A program made the position numbers and the translations under genes. Below are positions 38,121 to 48,881 of a stretch of DNA of 64,000 bases, one piece after another. Each line of letters begins with the position of its first letter. Position 1 is the first letter of the stretch. Origin of the DNA: Bacteroidia bacterium. GTDB lineage: Bacteria > Bacteroidota > Bacteroidia > UKL13-3. The notes beneath the pieces were generated by a model. The model was not told where the DNA came from, did not search any database, and saw only the letters and a list, made by a program, of their open reading frames with translations. Where the stretch lies: the NCBI GenBank assembly GCA_044337585.1, contig JBIINH010000001.1, forward strand, positions 9,087 through 73,086, written 5' to 3'.

Positions 38121-41100
38121 TTAATTATCAGATGGAGCTATTTTTTTATTTGAAGCTTCTTCAGAAGCAATAATTACTTTGAGTTTTTCGGATGCAATTG
38201 ATTTCACATCTTCACCGTCATAGTTTTCTAAAATACTTTGCAGGGTGGCTTTGGCTTGGAAATTATCTTTTTCAGCTACATACACGTCAGCCAAAAGTAA
38301 GTATGATTTTGCAACCCAATATTCGTGTACAGATAGGTTATCTGCAATATCAAAAATTGTTTTCTTGCATGCCTTTAAGTCTTTACGTAGGTATTGTATA
38401 AATGCAATTTGGTATTTCGATTCAGCCGCCCATATATTTTTGGTTTCTTTCGCCACAAACTGATAGTCAATCATTGCCGAATCAATCTGATTGCGTGATT
38501 GATAGAACCTTGCCATGTTTAAGCGGGCTTCAATAATTCCATCTTTTTGCGTTACGGTGGAGTTTAAATAACGAATGGAAGCCGCAGCTGCAGCTTCGGT
38601 ATTCCCTAATTGGGCTGCCGATTTAATTTGACCAGTTAAGGCAATGCTTAAGTTATCGCGGTTGCTGGCAATGCGCTCAAGGGAAGCGTAATTATCGAGT
38701 GCTTTCGCAAAATTCTTTTTCATATAATACAATACGGCCGTTTGTCTGGTAGACTTCTCTGTAAATTCATTTCTGTTTTGTAATGAAACGAACTCATAGC
38801 AAACCAAGGCACTATCATAATTTTTTAAGCTGAAATCACATTCTGCTTTATAGTAATTGGCACGTAAAATAAAAAAGCCTCCAGGGAAACGGTTTATATA
38901 GTTACCAAAAAGTTTGCTTGATTTATTGCAATCACCCGATTTGTATGCATTAAATGCCGACTCATATGTTATTGAATCTTGGTATGTAGGTGATAGCTCT
39001 ACATTTGGCAATACTTTTACATATTCCAAATAGCCATCGGCATCTGAGTTTGATACAAAAATATTTTTCGCTACCATCAATGCATCTCTTGCTTCAGGTG
39101 TGTTTGGATATTCGGTAATCAGTTGTTTGAAAACCTCTAATGCTTCTTTGTCACGATTGGTATTATAATAGCACAAGCCTTTGTTTTGAATGGCTTTACG
39201 CAAGTATTGGCTTCTTGGGTAGTTATCAATAATATTTTGGTAACCTGTTATGGCATCATTGAAACGTTCACTTTGCATTTTAACTAAAGAAATTTCATAA
39301 ACAGCATCATCGATATAGGTTGATTTTTTGTATTGGTTTATGATCACCGAGAGCATGGCTATTTTATCATCTGGCCTATTTAAAACCCCATAAATCGTGG
39401 CTTTTTGATATAATGCATAGTCGCTGCCATTCAAATTTTTTTCTGTAATAAAGCTGTATTGGTCAAGTGCTTTTTGATATTGCCTAAGCACCAAATAGCA
39501 ATCAGCAATACGCATATTGGCATCGGTATAAATTTCAATATTGTTTAAGGCATATTCTGTTGCTGTAAATTTTTTCATTTCGGAAATACAATTGTCATAA
39601 TCTTCTACTTTTAGGTGGCTATAGGCCATATTGTAAAATGACAGTGGGTAGAAACGAGTATCTTTTACCTCAGGATATTTTTGGAAGTTTTTGTACAAAC
39701 GAATGCTCTCAGCAAATTGTCCTTCACGAAAAGCGATTTCAGCAAGCCAAAAAGAAGCAAGTGCATATAGTTTTTTATCCAATTCATACAATTGCGATTT
39801 CGTGAAGGTTGATTTGGCGCCTACGTAATCATTATTTAAATATAATTCTTCGGCTCGGTAATAACAAACACGCTGGTAAGCAAGCTGGGTGGTTGTATTT
39901 GGTTTGTTGATGCTTTCGATTATTGGAATGGCATCTTTATAGTTTTTGGTTGCCGTAAGCAAATCAGACATCATGCTTTTTGCTTCATCAATTATATCAG
40001 AAGAAGAATAATCATTTACAAACTTTACCAAGTCTTTTAGTGCTTCTTGTTGAAACGATAATTCGAAAGAAAGTTTTGCATGATTAAACAAAGACAACTC
40101 TGTAACTTGTGAATTAAATCCATTGTGATAAGCTCTATCGAATGCCAATCGGGCAGCTTGCTTTTGATTTGTAGCCAAGTAAGCTTCGGCCAAGTGATAG
40201 CTTGCAAACTGCGAAGTGGAATCTTTTTCTATTGCAATTTTACTAAGATATTCAATTGCTTTTGCATGATCACCTACTCGTAAGTATGAATAACCTAGCC
40301 TATATATATCTTGGTTTGTTTTTCCATTAGGCGATTTGCTATGAAACCTTTCTAGGAATGGCAAGGCTTTATTATAATTGCCAAGTTGAAAGTAAGACTG
40401 ACCCACAATACCAGCAACGTCATTTACTATTTCTTTATTGGTAATGGTATCGGCAAAGCTTACCACATCAACATATTTTTTCTGGGCAAAATAAATCTGC
40501 GCAATATATACCTGTGATAGTCCACCAAAGATTTTGTTTTTTCCTACTTTTGTAAAGTGCTCCAATGCCTGTTCATACTTACCTTCACGGTAAATGATGT
40601 ATCCATAATAATAGTTGGCACTTTCTAAATATTTATTCGGGTTGTCAATGATATTTCCGAGACTTTTCTTTGCATTTTCAAAATCATCTAATTTAAAATA
40701 GCAATATCCTTTGATAAAAAACATATGCTCCGCTTGTTCAGGAGTAAGGTCTTCGGCACCTACTAGTGAAAGGTATTTTACAGCATTTTTATTGTCTTTG
40801 AGTCGATAAAAATATTTGCCTAGTTGAAAAAGAGCAGGTTTTGATTTTGAGTGGTCGGTATATTGGGTACCAACCTTAAGCAATAAATTTACGGCATCAG
40901 GGTTGAGCAACTCCATGGCACAAACACCTGCAAAATAGTAGGCATTAATTTTCATCTCTCGCTCGGTCGTCCGTTCGGCAAACATGATGAAATGTTTTTG
41001 CGCCTCTCCAAACATATCATGGTTGTAAAGTTCGGTAGCCCGATTGTAAATGCGTTGGTTATTTGCATACACCTCACTTTTTTGCGCAAATGAAAGTGTA

Positions 41101-41153
41101 GTGAGCAAGCAAAACAATATTGTGATGGTAAATTTGTGAATCTGATTTCGCAT
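38121..41153 (-). CDS. tetratricopeptide-repeat protein (about 1010 aa, secreted)
   Basis: Signal peptide and multiple TPR-like helical repeats throughout. Confidence 0.8.
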   Translation of the reverse strand: MRNQIHKFTITILFCLLTTLSFAQKSEVYANNQRIYNRATELYNHDMFGEAQKHFIMFAERTTEREMKINAYYFAGVCAMELLNPDAVNLLLKVGTQYTDHSKSKPALFQLGKYFYRLKDNKNAVKYLSLVGAEDLTPEQAEHMFFIKGYCYFKLDDFENAKKSLGNIIDNPNKYLESANYYYGYIIYREGKYEQALEHFTKVGKNKIFGGLSQVYIAQIYFAQKKYVDVVSFADTITNKEIVNDVAGIVGQSYFQLGNYNKALPFLERFHSKSPNGKTNQDIYRLGYSYLRVGDHAKAIEYLSKIAIEKDSTSQFASYHLAEAYLATNQKQAARLAFDRAYHNGFNSQVTELSLFNHAKLSFELSFQQEALKDLVKFVNDYSSSDIIDEAKSMMSDLLTATKNYKDAIPIIESINKPNTTTQLAYQRVCYYRAEELYLNNDYVGAKSTFTKSQLYELDKKLYALASFWLAEIAFREGQFAESIRLYKNFQKYPEVKDTRFYPLSFYNMAYSHLKVEDYDNCISEMKKFTATEYALNNIEIYTDANMRIADCYLVLRQYQKALDQYSFITEKNLNGSDYALYQKATIYGVLNRPDDKIAMLSVIINQYKKSTYIDDAVYEISLVKMQSERFNDAITGYQNIIDNYPRSQYLRKAIQNKGLCYYNTNRDKEALEVFKQLITEYPNTPEARDALMVAKNIFVSNSDADGYLEYVKVLPNVELSPTYQDSITYESAFNAYKSGDCNKSSKLFGNYINRFPGGFFILRANYYKAECDFSLKNYDSALVCYEFVSLQNRNEFTEKSTRQTAVLYYMKKNFAKALDNYASLERIASNRDNLSIALTGQIKSAAQLGNTEAAAAASIRYLNSTVTQKDGIIEARLNMARFYQSRNQIDSAMIDYQFVAKETKNIWAAESKYQIAFIQYLRKDLKACKKTIFDIADNLSVHEYWVAKSYLLLADVYVAEKDNFQAKATLQSILENYDGEDVKSIASEKLKVIIASEEASNKKIAPSDN

Positions 41154-41208
41154 GGGTTTTGGAGCGTTAACTGATTGATTAACGTCAAAGCTATATGCAG
41201 AACGATTT

Positions 41209-43515
41209 TTAGAAGGAATAATTTATCCCCACTGTTGGCATTATTGGAAGTTGATCTATCCTTCGGTAATTAACCCTATCGAAATAAAAGATGTTGGCAC
41301 GGTTGTAAACGTTGGTACACGCGACAGTGATCATAAGAATGCGTGTTTCAGAGAATGTTATTTTTTTAGACAGTGAAACATCCAGACGGTGGAAAGTTGG
41401 TAGTCTTCCGGTATTGATGTCAGTAAAATATGGAGTTAATGTACCGTTGGTTGAAAGTGGATTGGATGATACACCTTGGTTGAAAGGTATTTGTTCATAA
41501 AATCCTTGCGTTTGTGTAAACGGAAAACCCGAACCAAAATTCCATCTACTATTAAAGTTCCAAGAGTTTTTCTTGCCAAAAGCAATCGTGCCGACTAAAT
41601 TGATATTATGTCTTCTGTCAAAATTGGGGAAGTAATTTCTTGTTCCATCAAAACGATTGACGTAGGTTAACGAATAAACTGCCCAGATATAAAATCTTTT
41701 GTAATCATATTTATAAAGCACGTCAAGTCCATATGCATCCCCATTTTCTACAATATAGCTTACTCTTTCTAATTCGGGTTTATTTCGGTTTTCAAAAGTG
41801 TTCTCATATTTCTTGTCACGGTTGATATTGGTTAGCTGGGTAAATTTTTTGTAGTAACTCTCTACACTTAACATACCGTGCAACCCGATGTCGAATTCAA
41901 CACCACCAATTGCGTGCCAAGCAGTTTGCATACGGTAGGTTACAGGTTGGCCATTAAACGTGCTTGAAAGGTCGTTTTCCGGACTGCTTAAGAAGCCATA
42001 AAACAAGTTCACCACATCTTGGTCAGACACGGCACTCATTAAGTTTTGTGAGTAGGTACCAATTGAACCAATAATACGCATATAATCTTTGGCATTCCAT
42101 TTTACAGCAAGACGAGGCTCTACAGAAATATCGCCAATGGAAGCATAATACTGAATGCGAACACCTGGATCAAATACAAACCTGCCTGCTACTTTTTTAT
42201 ATTTTAAAAATCCATTCAGTTCGGTTGAGTTTTCATTCTGACTTAGCTTTAACCCGAAAGGATTGTAATATTCAAAAGAAGTGTTGAAACCATTAATTTC
42301 AAATCCGTATTTTATATCATCTTTTCCGATGATATTGGTAAAATTGAGGGCAATATTAAAACCACCTATTCCGCTACTTCTTGGCAATCCATCATTTTCA
42401 ATTTGCTCCATATTATAGTTGGAGTAGTTAACTGTACCATTTATAAGTGTTGAGCCTTCAGGTATTAAAAAGAAACTGCTGCCAAAACCATATGAGTTCC
42501 AATTATATTTGGTTTGAGGATAATTTACCTTGTCATTAAAATTAAATCCGAATAAATTAATTTTACTACCACCGGAACCAATTTTTGAGAATTTGGCATA
42601 AATATCATTAAACGAAAAAGGCAATCCGTTGTAAATATTATCAGGGTCGGCATATGGATAAAATGTTTGAGAAGTACGATCAAGATATGATGTTTTGTAA
42701 GAAATTATAAATGAAGAGCTCCCCCCATCTGAGAATTTACTTAATGGACCTTCAAGTAAAAACTTAGAAGCAATGGTGGATACATTTACTTTACCAGAAA
42801 GTCGTTTTTTATTTCCTTCTCGAGTTGATACGTCAATAATTGATCCAATACGTCCGCCATATTGTGCACCAAATCCCCCAGCATATACATCAGCTGTTCG
42901 TATGATATCTGCATCAAAAACTGAAAATAAACCAATAGAATGGAATGGGTTATAAATGGTCATCCCATCAATCATTACTTTGTTTTGCACGGGTGGTCCA
43001 CCTCGTAAGTATAATTGGCCACCTTGGTCTCCACTAAATACGGCCCCGGGTATTACTTGTAGGTATTGGGCTAGATCAGGTTCACCACCAAAGCTTGGCA
43101 ATTGCTTAAGGTCTTTGTTGGTAATGGTTATATTTGAAACCTTTGCATCGTATTTCTTTTTATCCCGCTCTCCTCTGATTTCTACTTCCTCTAATTGTTT
43201 CGAAATACGTGTGAGGTAAAAGTTTTGTTTAACAATTTGGTCTTCTTTTAGGTTGATCGTAAATTTAGCTGAGTCATATCCAAGGGCATAGCAACGCAGC
43301 ACATACGTTCCTGGTCTAAGTTTGGTGAGCGCATAAAATCCATTGACATCGGTAGCCATTCCAATCTTTGTACCCTCTAGGTAAACAGGAGTATAAATTA
43401 CCGGTTCACCACTTTCTTTGTCATAAACAAAGCCCCTTATTTCTCCGTTGTTTTGAGCCAAAAGCACACAACTTTGTAGTAATATATATATTAATGTAGA
43501 ATATTTTTTTAGCAT
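41209..43515 (-). CDS. TonB-dependent receptor with N-terminal CarboxypepD_reg domain
   Basis: Signal peptide, CarboxypepD_reg-like beta-sandwich, plug domain, 22-strand barrel region and a terminal aromatic residue (..INYSF). Confidence 0.85.
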   Translation of the reverse strand: MLKKYSTLIYILLQSCVLLAQNNGEIRGFVYDKESGEPVIYTPVYLEGTKIGMATDVNGFYALTKLRPGTYVLRCYALGYDSAKFTINLKEDQIVKQNFYLTRISKQLEEVEIRGERDKKKYDAKVSNITITNKDLKQLPSFGGEPDLAQYLQVIPGAVFSGDQGGQLYLRGGPPVQNKVMIDGMTIYNPFHSIGLFSVFDADIIRTADVYAGGFGAQYGGRIGSIIDVSTREGNKKRLSGKVNVSTIASKFLLEGPLSKFSDGGSSSFIISYKTSYLDRTSQTFYPYADPDNIYNGLPFSFNDIYAKFSKIGSGGSKINLFGFNFNDKVNYPQTKYNWNSYGFGSSFFLIPEGSTLINGTVNYSNYNMEQIENDGLPRSSGIGGFNIALNFTNIIGKDDIKYGFEINGFNTSFEYYNPFGLKLSQNENSTELNGFLKYKKVAGRFVFDPGVRIQYYASIGDISVEPRLAVKWNAKDYMRIIGSIGTYSQNLMSAVSDQDVVNLFYGFLSSPENDLSSTFNGQPVTYRMQTAWHAIGGVEFDIGLHGMLSVESYYKKFTQLTNINRDKKYENTFENRNKPELERVSYIVENGDAYGLDVLYKYDYKRFYIWAVYSLTYVNRFDGTRNYFPNFDRRHNINLVGTIAFGKKNSWNFNSRWNFGSGFPFTQTQGFYEQIPFNQGVSSNPLSTNGTLTPYFTDINTGRLPTFHRLDVSLSKKITFSETRILMITVACTNVYNRANIFYFDRVNYRRIDQLPIMPTVGINYSF

Positions 43516-43675
43516 GAGCGGGGCGAATATAGCATTTCTGTATATACATCGGTTGATGTCAAAAATAACTTACTTAGCCAAGTACTACAGTAGTCAAATA
43601 GGCGTTTACATAAGTTGCACAGCATGGAATAAATGTTATTTTTGCCTTATTCATAACAACCTAAATTCTATACAA

Positions 43676-46216
43676 TTGAATTATATATTTGATAATAAGA
43701 GACTTAGCATTTTTGTGTTGCTTTCTTCTTTTGTCTTTATCCTCACCATGCAGCCATTTTCAAATGTGCAAGCACAACAATCACAAGGTCAGGGAGGTAT
43801 CATCACAATGCAAAATTTGTCATCGGTAAAAGTAGATCAATTAACCGATGATCAGGTTATTAGATTTTGGCGCGAGGCACGAGCCAGTGGGCTAACCAAA
43901 ATGCAGCTTGAGGCAATGGCTAGAGAAAGAAGTATGCCCGAGCAGGAATTACAAAAACTGATGTTGCGCATAGAGAATATTGAAGATAAAGCGTTGGAAA
44001 ACAACAAAAAAAAGGATAAGGGAATAGACAAAAAAGAAGAAATAGATAAAGATAGTAAGTCTAAAAAGATATTAACGGAAGAAGAACAAGCCAATCGTGA
44101 CATGGACTTAGATGCTGCATTTGCCATGCTTACTCCAAAAGTTTTTGGGGTAGATGTTTTTCAAAATAAGAATATCACGTTTGAGCCTTCACTTAATATT
44201 CCCACACCATCCAATTATGTATTAGGTGCAGGCGATGAGTTGAGTGTTGATATTTATGGATATTCAGAAGCGAGTTATGATTTGAAAGTGACTTCAGACG
44301 GTAACCTGCGCATACCAGGAATTGGTTTGGTAAAAGTTGGTGGAACCACCATTGAGCAAGCTAAAGCAAAAATCACCAGTAAGCTAAGGCAAGTATATAG
44401 CACTATTGCTACAGGACAAACAAAAGTAAATGTATCTGTCACAAATATTCGCAGCATCAAAGTCACCATCATGGGTGAAGTATCAGTACCAGGAACATAC
44501 ATGCTACCTTCTTTAGCAACAGTGCTCAATGCTTTGCATTCATGTGGTGGTCCAAATGACAATGGTTCGCTTAGGAATATTTCTATCATTAGAGGCGGTA
44601 AAACTATTGGAACTGTTGATGTGTATGACTATTTGATAAAAGGCAAAAGTGCTGCACATGTAACTTTGCAAGACCAAGATATCATCAAAATAAATGCATA
44701 TCAAAACAGAATTGAAATCAGAGGCCAAGTAAAAAGACCTGCATTGTATGAAGTGAATGGAAAAGAAACATTGAAAGAGGTTATTGAATTTGCAGGAGGG
44801 TTTACCAACAAGGCTTATGCAGCAAAAATTAAAGTTCAAAGAAACACCTCAACGCAAGTGAGTGTGGCAGATGTTTCGGAGGAATTGTATTCCATGTTTT
44901 TACCAATCAACGGAGATGTGTACACAGTAGGTGAGCTGCTAGAGAGATTCGAAAATCGGGTGATAGTTGAAGGAGCTGTATTTAGGCCGGGTGAGTATGC
45001 ATTAGAAAATGGACTAACTATAAAACGCCTAATTGAAAAGTGTGATGGACTAACCGAGGATGCATTTTTAACTCGTGCCATCATTTATCGTTTGAAGGAT
45101 GATAATTCATTAGAAATATTATCATTTGACGTTGGCAAAGTGATTAAAAGCGAAGTAGCGGATATTACCCTTAAAAGGGAAGATAAAGTAATCATTGCTT
45201 CAAAACTTGAAATGCGCGAAGCTTATAAAGTTAGAATTGAAGGGGAAGTGATGGTCCCTGGGGATTACGAGTTTGGCGAAAATATGAAGTTGCAAGATTT
45301 GATAATTGCAGCCGGTGGATTGAAAGAGGCTGCATCATACAAACGCATTCAAGTGGGCAGGAGGTTAGATACAGCCGACAGGAGTTCTGCAATTACCAAT
45401 ATAGCACAAGTTTTCTCTGTAGACATTGAAAAAGATTTGAAAGACAACCCAGCAGCAGCATCATTTGTGTTGCGCCCCTTTGATATTATTACGGTATACC
45501 AAAATCCAGGCTATATCAAGCAAAGCACAGTTAAAATTTATGGGCAAGTGATGTTTCCTGGAGAGTTTGTAATACTTAAAAATAAAGAACGTATTTCAGA
45601 TATAATAAAACGATCTGGCGGTTTAACCAATGAAGCCTTCCCTGACGGAGCCATTTTGGTTCGCTACAGGTTAAGTAATTTAAACCAGCAACTTATCAAT
45701 ACTAATAAACTTAGGGCACTTAAGAAAGTAGTGGATTCTGAAAATGCCAAAGAACTTTCTAAAGACGAAGAGTTTAAAAGAAGTTTCGACTTGGTGGCGA
45801 TTGACTTGAATAAAATCATGAAAAATCCGGGGGGTAAAGAAGATGTTTTTGTTACCGACCGTGATATCATTAATATTCCAAAAATACAACAAACTGTTTT
45901 GGTGAGCGGGGAAATACTGTTTCCTGTAAAAACCGTTTATGAAAAAGGTTTAACATTTAGAGAATGTATTTCAAATTCTGGCGGATATACGACACAAGCA
46001 ATTAAAAGAAAAGCATATGTGGTATATGCAAACGGATCGGCCAAGTCAACTAAGAACTTTTTATTTTTCCATTTTAGGCCAAAAATTAAACCCGGCTGCG
46101 AAATTATAGTGCCACCAAAAGAGAAAAAAGAAGGTTTATCTACAGTTGAAACAGTTTCAATTATTACAAGTATGACAACACTTTTGGTTATCATTACTAC
46201 CACTTTTATCAAATAA
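43676..46216 (+). CDS. Wza-like polysaccharide export protein with multiple SLBB domains
   Basis: Poly_export/SLBB repeats and a C-terminal TM helix. Start placed at in-frame TTG 43676, which gives a signal peptide (NYIFDNKRLSIFVLLSSFVFILT). The track ATG at 43514 would overlap the divergent TonB receptor start and is rejected. Confidence 0.75.
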   Translation: MNYIFDNKRLSIFVLLSSFVFILTMQPFSNVQAQQSQGQGGIITMQNLSSVKVDQLTDDQVIRFWREARASGLTKMQLEAMARERSMPEQELQKLMLRIENIEDKALENNKKKDKGIDKKEEIDKDSKSKKILTEEEQANRDMDLDAAFAMLTPKVFGVDVFQNKNITFEPSLNIPTPSNYVLGAGDELSVDIYGYSEASYDLKVTSDGNLRIPGIGLVKVGGTTIEQAKAKITSKLRQVYSTIATGQTKVNVSVTNIRSIKVTIMGEVSVPGTYMLPSLATVLNALHSCGGPNDNGSLRNISIIRGGKTIGTVDVYDYLIKGKSAAHVTLQDQDIIKINAYQNRIEIRGQVKRPALYEVNGKETLKEVIEFAGGFTNKAYAAKIKVQRNTSTQVSVADVSEELYSMFLPINGDVYTVGELLERFENRVIVEGAVFRPGEYALENGLTIKRLIEKCDGLTEDAFLTRAIIYRLKDDNSLEILSFDVGKVIKSEVADITLKREDKVIIASKLEMREAYKVRIEGEVMVPGDYEFGENMKLQDLIIAAGGLKEAASYKRIQVGRRLDTADRSSAITNIAQVFSVDIEKDLKDNPAAASFVLRPFDIITVYQNPGYIKQSTVKIYGQVMFPGEFVILKNKERISDIIKRSGGLTNEAFPDGAILVRYRLSNLNQQLINTNKLRALKKVVDSENAKELSKDEEFKRSFDLVAIDLNKIMKNPGGKEDVFVTDRDIINIPKIQQTVLVSGEILFPVKTVYEKGLTFRECISNSGGYTTQAIKRKAYVVYANGSAKSTKNFLFFHFRPKIKPGCEIIVPPKEKKEGLSTVETVSIITSMTTLLVIITTTFIK

Positions 46217-46220
46217 TTAG

Positions 46221-46631
46221 ATGGATACCAAGGAAACAACATTTCAATTGGTGAATTTGCCAAAGTTTTTAGATGAACGGGGAAACCTTTCATTTATAGA
46301 AGCCAAAAGACAGGTGCCATTTGATATTGCTCGCTCATATTGGATATACGATGTGCCTGGAGGTGAAACACGCGGTGGGCACAGTTATTATCAAAATGAA
46401 GAATTGATAGTTGCACTCTCTGGCAGCTTTGATGTGGTGATTGATGATGGCAAACAATCGCATAAAATTTCACTCAACCGATCTTATTACGGTTTGTATA
46501 TTCCAAAAGGATTTTGGCGTCACATGGAAAATTTTTCCACCAATGCATTGGCGCTTGTGCTAGCATCAACTGCATTTGATGCTTCCGATTATGAAAGAGA
46601 CCACGAACGATATATCAATAGCAAAGCATGA
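46221..46631 (+). CDS. FdtA/WxcM-like sugar 3,4-ketoisomerase cupin (paralog 1, divergent active site)
   Basis: WxcM-like C-terminal/FdtA cupin fold. The catalytic His-x-His position reads GHSYY. Confidence 0.7.
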   Translation: MDTKETTFQLVNLPKFLDERGNLSFIEAKRQVPFDIARSYWIYDVPGGETRGGHSYYQNEELIVALSGSFDVVIDDGKQSHKISLNRSYYGLYIPKGFWRHMENFSTNALALVLASTAFDASDYERDHERYINSKA

Positions 46632-47047
46632 TTAAGAAACCATCTGTATATGATTGCTCTTTGGTTCAGTTACCAAAAATACATTTTAGGGCTGGCAACA
46701 TAACTCCCGTGCATGGCAACAAAGAAATACCATTTGATATCAAACGTGTATTTTATTTATATGATATTCCAGGAGGAGAGTCAAGAGGTGCCCATGCACA
46801 TTTTGAATGCCATCAGTTTTTAATTGCTGCAAGCGGGAGCTTCGAAGTATTATTAGATGATGGAAAGGTGAAAAGACAAGTGCAGCTCAACCAACCTTAT
46901 ATCGGCTTACACATTCCACCAATGATTTGGGCATCTGAAGTCAATTTTTCATCAGGTGCCATTTGTTTGGTGATGGCCTCTCATGGCTATAATGAATTAG
47001 ATTATATACGCGATTACAATACATTTTTGAAGGAGGTAAATCGATGA
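46628..47047 (+). CDS. FdtA/WxcM-like sugar 3,4-ketoisomerase cupin (paralog 2, canonical HxH)
   Basis: Same fold with a canonical RGAHAHFE His pair. ATGA overlap with paralog 1. Confidence 0.75.
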   Translation: MIKKPSVYDCSLVQLPKIHFRAGNITPVHGNKEIPFDIKRVFYLYDIPGGESRGAHAHFECHQFLIAASGSFEVLLDDGKVKRQVQLNQPYIGLHIPPMIWASEVNFSSGAICLVMASHGYNELDYIRDYNTFLKEVNR

Positions 47048-47586
47048 CCATACATCCACTTGCAGATGTGCAATCAAACAAAATTGGAGAAGGAACTAGG
47101 GTGTGGCAGTTTGCCATCATACTTGAGGGCGCAATTATTGGCAAAGATTGTAATATTAATTGCCACACGTTTATAGAAAATGATGTTATTATTGGGAATC
47201 ACTGTACCATCAAATCTGGTGTGTATGTATGGGATGGTATACAAATGGAAGACGATGTTTTTGTAGGTCCAAATGTGACATTCATAAATAATAATACTCC
47301 ACGTTCACAGCAATATCCTGAAAAACATATTGGTGTTAGCATTCGCAAAGGCGTATCTATCGGTGCAGCTAGCACTATAAAAGGAGATATTGAAATTGGT
47401 GATTTTGCCATGATTGGCGCAGGCAGTTTACTCACCAAATCCGTTCCTGCGTTTCAGCTATGGTATGGACATCCTGCTTCGCATAAAGGTTATGTAACAA
47501 GGGATGGCATCTTGCTCGATCTAAATCTTAAAGATAATAAAGGCAACCAGTTTCAATTAATTAATCAAGAACCCAAAGCAAAATAA
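47044..47586 (+). CDS. hexapeptide-repeat sugar N-acetyltransferase (WbpD/WlbB/FdtC-like)
   Basis: Left-handed beta-helix hexapeptide repeats. The N-terminus MTIHPLADV... is like WlbB/WbpD. Confidence 0.8.
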   Translation: MTIHPLADVQSNKIGEGTRVWQFAIILEGAIIGKDCNINCHTFIENDVIIGNHCTIKSGVYVWDGIQMEDDVFVGPNVTFINNNTPRSQQYPEKHIGVSIRKGVSIGAASTIKGDIEIGDFAMIGAGSLLTKSVPAFQLWYGHPASHKGYVTRDGILLDLNLKDNKGNQFQLINQEPKAK

Positions 47587-47594
47587 TAATATTC

Positions 47595-48881
47595 ATGTCT
47601 TCAACACACATTACAGACAAGTATAAAATAGGCATTATTGGCCTAGGTTATGTTGGACTCCCGCTTGCAGTTGAATTTGCTAAGAAATTTCATACCATTG
47701 GTTTTGATATTAACCAACTACGTATTGATGAATTAAAAAAGGGAGTAGACCGCACGCTCGAGGTTGATAATCACGAACTTTTAGCAAGTAGTTTATTGAC
47801 TTTTTCTTCGCAAACCGAAGATCTTGCCAAGTGCAATTTTTTTATTGTAACCGTACCAACACCAGTTGATCGATTCAATCATCCCGATCTGACGCCACTA
47901 AAAAAAGCGAGCGAAACAGTAGGCAAGGTGCTCAAGAAAAATGATATTGTGGTGTATGAGTCAACCGTGTATCCGGGTGCCACAGAAGATGAATGTATCC
48001 CTGTGCTTGAAAGAATGTCAGGCCTTATTTTTAATAAAGATTTTTTTGCAGGCTACTCTCCCGAGCGCATTAACCCTGGAGATAAAGAACATACGGTTTC
48101 AAAAATACTCAAAGTGACATCTGGTTCTACACCCGAAATAGCAGATGAGGTTGATGCAGTGTACAGAAGCGTAATTGTAGCAGGTACCCACAAAGCACCT
48201 TCGATAAAAGTAGCTGAAGCAGCAAAAGTGATTGAAAATGCACAACGTGATATCAATATTGCTTTTGTAAATGAGCTTTCTAAAATCTTTAATTTATTAG
48301 GTATTGATACATCAGCAGTATTGGAAGCAGCCGGCACAAAATGGAACTTTTTAAAGTTTAAACCAGGCCTGGTAGGAGGTCATTGTATTGGTGTGGATCC
48401 TTATTATCTAGCTCAAAAAGCACAAGAAGCCGGATATCATCCTGAGATAATACTTGCCGGAAGACGACTAAATGACAGCATGGGAAAATACGTTGCTGAT
48501 GAGGCTGTAAAACTTATTGTAAAAAAAGAACTCAATGTAAAAGGAGCCAATGTTCTAATATTAGGAATCACCTTTAAAGAAAATTGTCCTGATGTGCGCA
48601 ATACCAAGGTAGTTGACATCATTAGTGAGCTAAATACTTATAATGTAAATATAACTATTCTTGACCCATGGGCCGACAAACACAGCGTGGTCGAAGAATA
48701 TGGTTACTCAATCATCAACGAATTGAGTGAGTCAACTATTAAGAAGTTTGAATGTGTAATATTTGCAGTAGCGCATAAGCAATTTCAAAATATAAATATA
48801 AAAGATATTACTGTGCCCAATGCCGTAGTAGTTGATGTAAAAAGTATATTACCCCTTAATCAAGTAGATTTTAGATTGTAA
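47595..48881 (+). CDS. UDP-N-acetyl-hexosamine 6-dehydrogenase (nucleotide-sugar dehydrogenase; WbpA/WbpO/TviB-like)
   Basis: N-terminal Rossmann [13 protein letters not shown] and a catalytic Cys in [11 protein letters not shown]. Confidence 0.85.
   Translation: MSSTHITDKYKIGIIGLGYVGLPLAVEFAKKFHTIGFDINQLRIDELKKGVDRTLEVDNHELLASSLLTFSSQTEDLAKCNFFIVTVPTPVDRFNHPDLTPLKKASETVGKVLKKNDIVVYESTVYPGATEDECIPVLERMSGLIFNKDFFAGYSPERINPGDKEHTVSKILKVTSGSTPEIADEVDAVYRSVIVAGTHKAPSIKVAEAAKVIENAQRDINIAFVNELSKIFNLLGIDTSAVLEAAGTKWNFLKFKPGLVGGHCIGVDPYYLAQKAQEAGYHPEIILAGRRLNDSMGKYVADEAVKLIVKKELNVKGANVLILGITFKENCPDVRNTKVVDIISELNTYNVNITILDPWADKHSVVEEYGYSIINELSESTIKKFECVIFAVAHKQFQNINIKDITVPNAVVVDVKSILPLNQVDFRL

Noticed and set aside
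41170-41190. Inverted repeat cgttaa…ttaacg between the TPR protein and TonB receptor genes
   Set aside because: It has a 6-bp stem and no T-run on the minus strand, and is likely incidental.
43514-43675. Track ATG start at 43514 for the Wza-like gene
   Set aside because: It would add about 75 residues lacking a signal peptide and would overlap the divergent TonB-receptor start codon. The in-frame TTG at 43676 gives a proper signal peptide.
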